From contig OZ024744.1 of NCBI GenBank assembly GCA_964016885.1, positions 80,538,001 to 80,602,000 on the forward strand: 64,000 nucleotides of DNA. The letters are read 5' to 3'. Made by a program: the position numbers and the translations under genes. Shown here piece after piece: positions 56,323 through 64,000 of this stretch. The notes beneath the pieces are model-generated. The model was not told where the DNA came from and did not search any database. It saw nothing but the letters and a program-made list of their open reading frames with translations. Position 1 is the stretch's first letter. Every line of letters begins with the position of its first letter. The DNA is from Eledone cirrhosa (taxonomy: Eukaryota).

Positions 56323-57511
56323 ATCATCATCATCATCATCACCGTTTTACGTCCGTTCTTCCACGCTAGCATGGGTTAGACGGGTTGTCCTGTTGTGGGC
56401 AGTGTCTGGTCGGCTGACCATGCCTTGCTCATACAGGAACTGATCTGGCTTGATTTCTACAGCTGGATGCCCTTCCTAACACCAACCTCATTTACAGTGA
56501 GTGCTGGGTGCTTTTTCGTGGCGCCTACACGTCCACTTTACAGTGTGGGCTGGGTGCTTTTTTGCCGTGGCACCTCCACGACCACCTTGCGGTGGGGGGG
56601 GGGGGCATATTGTTTATATGCTTCAGCATGTACCCATGGGAGGTCGGGTACCCTGTATTACTGCGTGACGCCAGAAGTCACGGTCGTGTGTCAGACTTTG
56701 AGAGGTGTAGTTGGGTAAGGTCGGCTTTTATCACCTCATCCCAAGTCATCTTGGGTCTCCCCACTCCGCGGTTTCCATCAACTTCTAGTGCTCTGCACCT
56801 TTTTATGCAGCTGTCATCCTTCATACGCATCACATGTCCATACCAGCGTAACTGCCTCTCCTGCACGCAGCATTTGATTCCTCTTATGCTCAGTCTCTCT
56901 CTCAATTCATTTATGCTTTGTCGTTCACGTATATTACTGTTACACATCCATCGGAGCATGCAGGCTTCGTTTCTCTCTAATCTACGTAAGTCTTCCACCT
57001 TCAGCGCCCAGGTCTCACTACCATGCAACATCGCTGTTCGGATACACGCATCATACAGTCTGCCTTTCATTCTGAGGGAGAAGCCTTTTGCAGCTAGCAG
57101 TGGTAGTAGTTCCCTAAACTTCTTCCATCCCGTTCTTACCCTAGTTATTGTACTTTCTGAGCACCCACCTCCGTTGCTAATTCGGTCACCTAGGTAGCAG
57201 AAGCTGTCTACTGTTTCTACAGGGCCCTCCCAGAGATTGGTGGTACTTGTTTCCTGTGGCTGTTTGCTTGCTGTTTCAGCACAGCTGCTGCATGTGAATC
57301 CTACATTCTTAATTAAGCTTCCTGAGATCCCGCTACATCTCTTGTGTACCCATTGTTTGCATTTGGGGCAAAGAATGGAGTTCCTACCTACACCTTTCCT
57401 ACATACTGAGCAAGGCCATTTCCCTGAGGGGATCTGGGTTCTGTTTTCTCGTCTACTTATAAGGACCTTAGTCTTTGTCATGTACTTATAAGGACCTTAG
57501 TCTTTGTCATG
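56323..57511 (-). mobile_element. 5'-truncated near-identical copy of the adjacent young RTE, with a 29-nt tandem duplication at its 5' junction
   Basis: matches 52255-53424 with few substitutions and a 2-nt deletion; tacttataaggaccttagtctttgtcatg occurs at 57454 and again at 57483. Confidence 0.96.
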
Positions 57512-57565
57512 TAATATATATATGTCATATAATATATATATATATATATAATATATATATATATA

Positions 57566-57597
<32 letters not shown>

Positions 57598-57631
57598 ATA
57601 TATATATATATATAATATATATATATATATA

Positions 57632-57663
<32 letters not shown>

Positions 57664-57875
57664 ATATATATATAATATATATATAATATATATATATATA
57701 ATTGTTTCTACTTTTGGCACAAGGCCAGCAATTACCCAGTGCATTACTGGTACTTTATTTTATCGACCCCGTAAGGATGAAAGGCAAAGTTAACCTCGGT
57801 GGGATTTGAACTCAGACTGCAAAGGGACGTAACTATGCTGGAAAGCATGGCGTCCGACCCTCTACCGATACTGCC

Positions 57876-58058
57876 ATATAATATATATATATAATATATA
57901 TATAATATATATATATATAATATAATATATATATAATATATATATAATATAATATATATATAATATAATATTAATATAATATAATATATATATAATATAA
58001 TATATATATATAATATATAATATATATATATATTAATATATATAATATAATATAATAT

Positions 58059-58107
<49 letters not shown>

Positions 58108-58375
58108 TATATATATATATAAAATATATATAATATATAATATATATATAATATAATATATATAATATAATATAATATATATATAATATATATAATATAT
58201 ATATATATATATAATATATATAAAATATATATATATATATAAAATATATATATATATATAATATATATATAATATAATATATATATAATATATATATAAT
58301 ATATATATATATAAAATATATATATAATATATATATAATATATATATATATAAAATATATATATATATATAATAT

Positions 58376-58406
<31 letters not shown>

Positions 58407-58434
58407 AAATATATATATAATATAATATATATAT

Positions 58435-58465
<31 letters not shown>

Positions 58466-58481
58466 AAATATATATATAAAT

Positions 58482-58513
<32 letters not shown>

Positions 58514-58550
58514 ATATATATATATATATATTATATATATATATATATAG
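57876..58550. repeat. (TA)n/TAA array
   Basis: direct inspection. Confidence 0.97.
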
Positions 58551-58835
58551 TAGCATTAAAGCCGGCGTTGCTCGAGGTCATGAAGTTACCAAAGTTAGGT
58601 TGCACCACCCATTTTATAGCAGCACTTTTTTGTCTGCCAGGCACTGGGTGAATGAATTGCAGACCCTGGAAGCAGGAGCTGCGCAGCAGGGACAATTGTA
58701 GATTCGCCTATAGATATTATCTCTGTGCAATTAAGTGTTGAAATTTATTGTTTCACAATACCTGTGCAACACGCGCGAAGACGATGCCAGCTGAACAACA
58801 GAGCTGCGATGGAGTTGTTCTAGCAAGGTTGTCTG

Positions 58836-59104
58836 TGTGTTTTCTAAATTTAAGACAGTAAGGGGGTTGTGATATGAGGGAGAGTTAGCTGCTGTTTCTA
58901 GCAGGTTTAGTAACCTTATAGAGAATATGTGTTTTCTAAATTTAAGACAGTAGGGAGTGGTGTGATATGGGGGAGAGTTAGCTGCTGATTCTAGCAGGTT
59001 TAGTGACTTCATAGAAGATGTTTTCTAAATTTAAGACAGTAGGGAGGGGTGTGGTATGGGGAGAGTTAGCTGCTGTTTCTAGCAGCTTAGTGACCTCATA
59101 GAGG
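58836..59104 (+). repeat. Three tandem ~92-nt units
   Basis: tgttttctaaatttaagacagta...gagagttagctgctg.ttctagcag.ttag..acct.ataga x3. Confidence 0.85.
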
Positions 59105-59124
59105 ATATTATTGTTTATCATCTA

Positions 59125-60243
59125 TCTATATATATAAAACTGAGGTTGTCTGTCTGTCTACTAAAACCTTCGGCACACATCTCCTCTTAAACCGTACGTT
59201 CAAATTGCTACACTTATAGATGAAGGTCCGGCGGAACCATCGGTCAAATAAATTTTCAAATCGACCCACGCCAAGTGTAAAAATCGAATTTGTAATGTAT
59301 TGATTTTTCAGTTCAAATGTATAAATAGAGATGAGAGACGAGTTATTTCCCTTTTATGGCGTCATTTGCTTATCTATTTATGTTACGTATAAACGACGCC
59401 GTGGACCGAGAAGAACAATTTCATGCAAAGAGAAGACCAAGTTTATGGTGTAAATGGAGTCGTTAGCCTAATATTCTATTTAAAATAACCGAATGATTTC
59501 CAGCCCCGGAGTTTAAGAATGATGTAAATAAAATTGTAAATTAAAATGACAGGTTATTAAAATAGTTGTTTCTACTTTTGGCACAAGGCCAGCAATTAAA
59601 CAGTACATTACTGGTACTTTATTTTATCGACCCCGTAAGGATGAAAGGCAAAGTTAACCTCGACGGGATTTTAACTTTGCCTTAACATAGTAAAAATAAA
59701 TAGTGAAGATTTAGGCCAGTACATACGTATGCACCGACGAACATACACATACTTATACATACGCACACACAAATACATACACACACACGTGCGCGTGCGC
59801 GCGTGTGTGTAAACCTTATGCATTTCTACAGTATTTTCACCAAACTTAAGACATAGGTTACTCATGTACTCCGGATGGTCATGGACACTTTCATTTTTCC
59901 AGATATTGATTATAGGGCCTCCCGGCGGATAACGCCCTTTAACCACTTCCTTGGAGTCGACTGAAGCACTGCAGTGCAATGCAAAAAAAAACGTCATAAC
60001 TTCTGGAGTTCGCAACCGATTTTCACAAAACTTGACACATGGGATACGTTTGTTCTACAGATGAATGTGAACTCTCAGAATTGGCACATACTGAGTAGGG
60101 GACCCCTGAGAGCAGGAACCCCGTTTTGGAAAAAGTCGATGAGTTTATAAAAGTATAGTTTTCAAAGTAGCACTGAAGTATTGACATAAATGGTATACAT
60201 AACTGCTATTTAATACCCGAGCAACGCCGGGTACCTCTGCTAG
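59125..60243 (+). mobile_element. Non-autonomous Helitron with nested SINE fragment (59565-59670)
   Basis: 5' TCTATATATATAAAA, subterminal hairpin TACCCG-agcaacgc-CGGGTA (60214-60233), 3' CTAG, inserted between A and T, no TSD. Confidence 0.85.
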
Positions 60244-60659
60244 TTATCTATAAAAGGCAGATTGTTGTTGTTGTTGTTGAAGTGAGTGTGTGTTTGTATG
60301 TGTTTGGAAAAGAGGTTTTAAAAAAGATTTATCGCTTGTTGAATAAATATATCTGTTGCTTTTGAAACGGACAGTATCACCATCAAGCTTGGAAAGAGAA
60401 AGTAGCAGAAAGTATGAAGTTGTATAGATTTTGAATGGTAGTGGAAAGAGTTTAGCAGTTTAAATGACAGAGAAAAATCGTAAAATATTGAGCTTTTTCT
60501 ATTTTTTGTGTAATTGTGGGTGAAATTGAAAAAATGAGATGTGCCAAGACGCAATTGAAACTATTTCGAATACTGAATTGTAAATTTCAATTGAAGAAAT
60601 TCTATATCGTAGATTTCTATAAGAAAGGAGCATGACCACACACTGAGCTTTATAGATTA

Positions 60660-61111
<452 letters not shown>

Positions 61112-61455
61112 GGAGGCACATGGCTTAGTGGTTAGAGCATTGGCCTTGCAATCAAAAGGTTGTGAGTTCAATTCTCAGACCGGGTGATGTGTTGTTTCCT
61201 TGAGCAAGACACTTTATTTCACATTGCTCCAGTTTACTCAGCTGTAGAAATGAGATGATAGGGACTGGGGTCCCTATCATTCCACTGCAAAGTGGTCGTG
61301 GAGGTGCCACGGCAAAAAAGCACCAGTACTCACTGTAAATGAGGTTGGTGTTAGGAAGGGCATCCAGCTGTAGAAATCAAGCCAGAATCAGTTCCCGTCC
61401 CACCCTTGCAAGCAGGGAAAAGCGGACGTAAAATGAAATGATGAATGATGAAATG
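61112..61455 (+). mobile_element. tRNA-derived SINE family A with RTE-derived 3' tail; minus copies at 62771-63117, 37995-38333 and 6578-6805 (truncated)
   Basis: A box (tggcttagtgg), B box (gagttcaattc), 3' half shared with the young RTE 3'UTR, ATG/GAT tail. Confidence 0.9.
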
Positions 61456-61609
61456 ATATATATATACTTAGGTTAATAGGAGTTAGGTATTGTATACCCG
61501 TGTCCCATTAAGGTATTGGCAGCATAATAATTAGCTCTATGCTTTGGAGCAGAGCCGTATATATGAAAAAGAACACAAGAGCGTCTACAACATCAAAAGA
61601 TTTTTATTG

Positions 61610-61654
61610 GCTTACAATGTTTCTTCCTTACGTAACTGTAGGATTCGTCAGAGC
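61610..61654 (-). ncRNA. Minimal type I hammerhead ribozyme (inverted-arm copy, sense to the formin pre-mRNA)
   Basis: reverse complement of 62566-62610 with 2 changes in stem II/loop. Confidence 0.8.
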
Positions 61655-62565
61655 TATAAACGGGGTTTGATTGGTGTTATGGGACTCTACCAACCAAACA
61701 TTCAAGAACAAAGAGTAAAGAGCAAAAGTAGGGGACGATAAGTCTAATTTTGACGATAAGTCTAAATAAGTCTAATAGAGAATATATAAAGAAATATAAG
61801 CGAATATTTGGAGGGGAAAACACAATGTAAAAAAAACGATTTTTTTCAAATAATAATTATGGGAGGAGAAAAACGGGATAGAGAAATATGATGAAGTGTG
61901 ATTAGTTGAGAGAATATAAGATGATAATAGTTATGTTTCTCAACTAATCACACTTGATCATATTTCTCTATCCCGTTTTCTCCTCCCATAATTATTATAT
62001 TTTATTATTATTTGAAAAAAAAAAAAAAAAAAAAAAAATCGTTTATTTTTACATTGTGTTTTCCCCTCCAAATATTCGCTTATATTTCTTTATATATTCT
62101 CTCTATATATATATATTTTTTTTAATCTTTATTATTTCCACTTTTATCCTCCTTTATATTTTACCTTATTCTTACTTTTATACCTTATTATAGTGTAATC
62201 TTCCCCATGCCTTATTATACACTATTAATTATAGATTATTATTATTACTATTTTTCCATTTCTAATTACCTCATGTACTTTCTCCTCCGCTATATATATA
62301 TATATATATTGTATGCACTTTGTGTTTGTGTAGCCTATGCACACCCTCTGCACCATACTATCGACGTCACCCCATCTATGGTTCAGCTAACCACCCGACT
62401 CCCGGGAATGAATATGACCGCAGCTAGTAAACAAGGACCCACACCCCACCCTCCCGCACCAAAATTAGACTTATCGTCCCCTACTTTTGCTCTTTACTCT
62501 CTTTACTCTTTGTTCTTGAATGTTTGGTTGGTAGAGTCCATAACACCAATCAAACCCCTTTTATA

Positions 62566-62610
62566 GCTCTGACGAATCCTACGGTTACATAAGGAAGAAA
62601 CATTGTAAGC
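62566..62610 (+). ncRNA. Minimal type I hammerhead ribozyme
   Basis: GCT-CTGACGA-ATCCT...AGGAA-GAAA-CATTG-TA^AGC. Confidence 0.8.
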
Positions 62611-62726
62611 CATTAAAAATCTTTTGATGTTGTAGACGCTCTTGTGTTCTTTTTCATATATATATATATATTATATATATATATATAATATATATATATT
62701 ATATATATATATATATATATAATATA

Positions 62727-62764
<38 letters not shown>

Positions 62765-62770
62765 TATATT

Positions 62771-63117
62771 ATCATTTCATCATCATCATTTCATTTTACG
62801 TCCGCTTTTTCCCTGCTTACAAGGGTGGGACGGGAACTGATTCTGGCTTGATTTCTACAGCTGGATGCCCTTCCTAACACCAACCTCATTTACAGTGAGT
62901 GCTGGGTGCTTTTTTGCCGTGGCACCTCCACGACCACTTTGCAGTGGAATGATATGGACCCTAGTCCCTATCATCTCATTTCTACAGCTGAGTAAACTGG
63001 AGCAATGTGAAATAAAGTGTCTTGCTCAAGGAAACAACACATCACCCGGTCTGAGAATTGAACTCACAACCTTTCGATTGCAAGGCCAATGCTCTAACCA
63101 CTAAGCCATGTACCTCC
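62771..63117 (-). mobile_element. SINE family A copy, inverted relative to 61112-61455
   Basis: near-identical reverse complement. Confidence 0.9.
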
Positions 63118-63700
<583 letters not shown>

Positions 63701-63702
<2 letters not shown>

Positions 63703-63927
63703 TTTATTAAATAACAGATTAAAGTTTAAACAAAGAATTGCTGCTTTCACCCTTAATGGATCTTCTGAAACTAACAAAGTCAATCTGTAAACGCAGAACT
63801 GGATATTTCAAAAAACGTTGCAACCGGGAGGAAAAACAGGGAGAACGATACGTTGGTTCATGAAGATCCATTAAGGGTGAAAGCAGCGATTCTTTGCTTA
63901 AACTTTAATCTGTTATTTTAATAAATA
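63701..63927. repeat. Foldback element with ~75-bp arms at the edge of (TA)n; degenerate hammerhead-like core
   Basis: arms 63701-63777 and 63852-63927; (c)aTGAAGA-tccattaagggt-GAAA. Confidence 0.78.
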
Positions 63928-64000
63928 TTTGCTCTACGGTTCTTATATATTTGATATATATTTTCCGTATCGAGCCCTCTTTGGATTTTAGTCTTCAATT

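Larger units (their letters stand above)
61560..62660 (+). mobile_element. Penelope-like non-coding foldback element (~190-bp inverted arms) with nested second hairpin element (61776-62105)
   Basis: arms 61560-61751 and 62461-62660, each containing a full hammerhead. Confidence 0.78.

Noticed and set aside
61112-61185. tRNA-like A/B boxes here and at 22817, 23559, 51711
   Set aside because: They continue into SINE bodies and lack a proper cloverleaf/terminator; not tRNA genes

Overview
AT-rich, repeat-dense eukaryotic DNA. The SINE, RTE and (TA)n content suggests an octopus/coleoid cephalopod, which is an inference. The window holds the 3' half of a minus-strand Diaphanous-type formin gene: nine phase-consistent coding exons (47672 to 26261) encode the FH2 domain and DAD, and two alternative phase-1 terminal exons follow (20174-20068 and 4935-4865). 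Upstream FH1/GBD exons were not found and probably lie beyond 64000. One intron (39179 to 36087) is a U12-type AT-AC minor intron. The introns contain young and old RTE LINEs (one with a 981-codon EN/RT ORF carrying a PHD-like finger inside the RT), at least three tRNA-SINE families, TTAA piggyBac-like MITEs, a Chapaev3-like DNA transposon, a non-autonomous Helitron and large (TA)n arrays. The most unusual signal is a set of small foldback elements, apparently Penelope-derived. Several carry minimal hammerhead ribozyme cores, sit in TA microsatellites, and build nested dsRNA structures in the pre-mRNA. Almost all long 'YIYI' ORFs in the ORF track are microsatellite artefacts.
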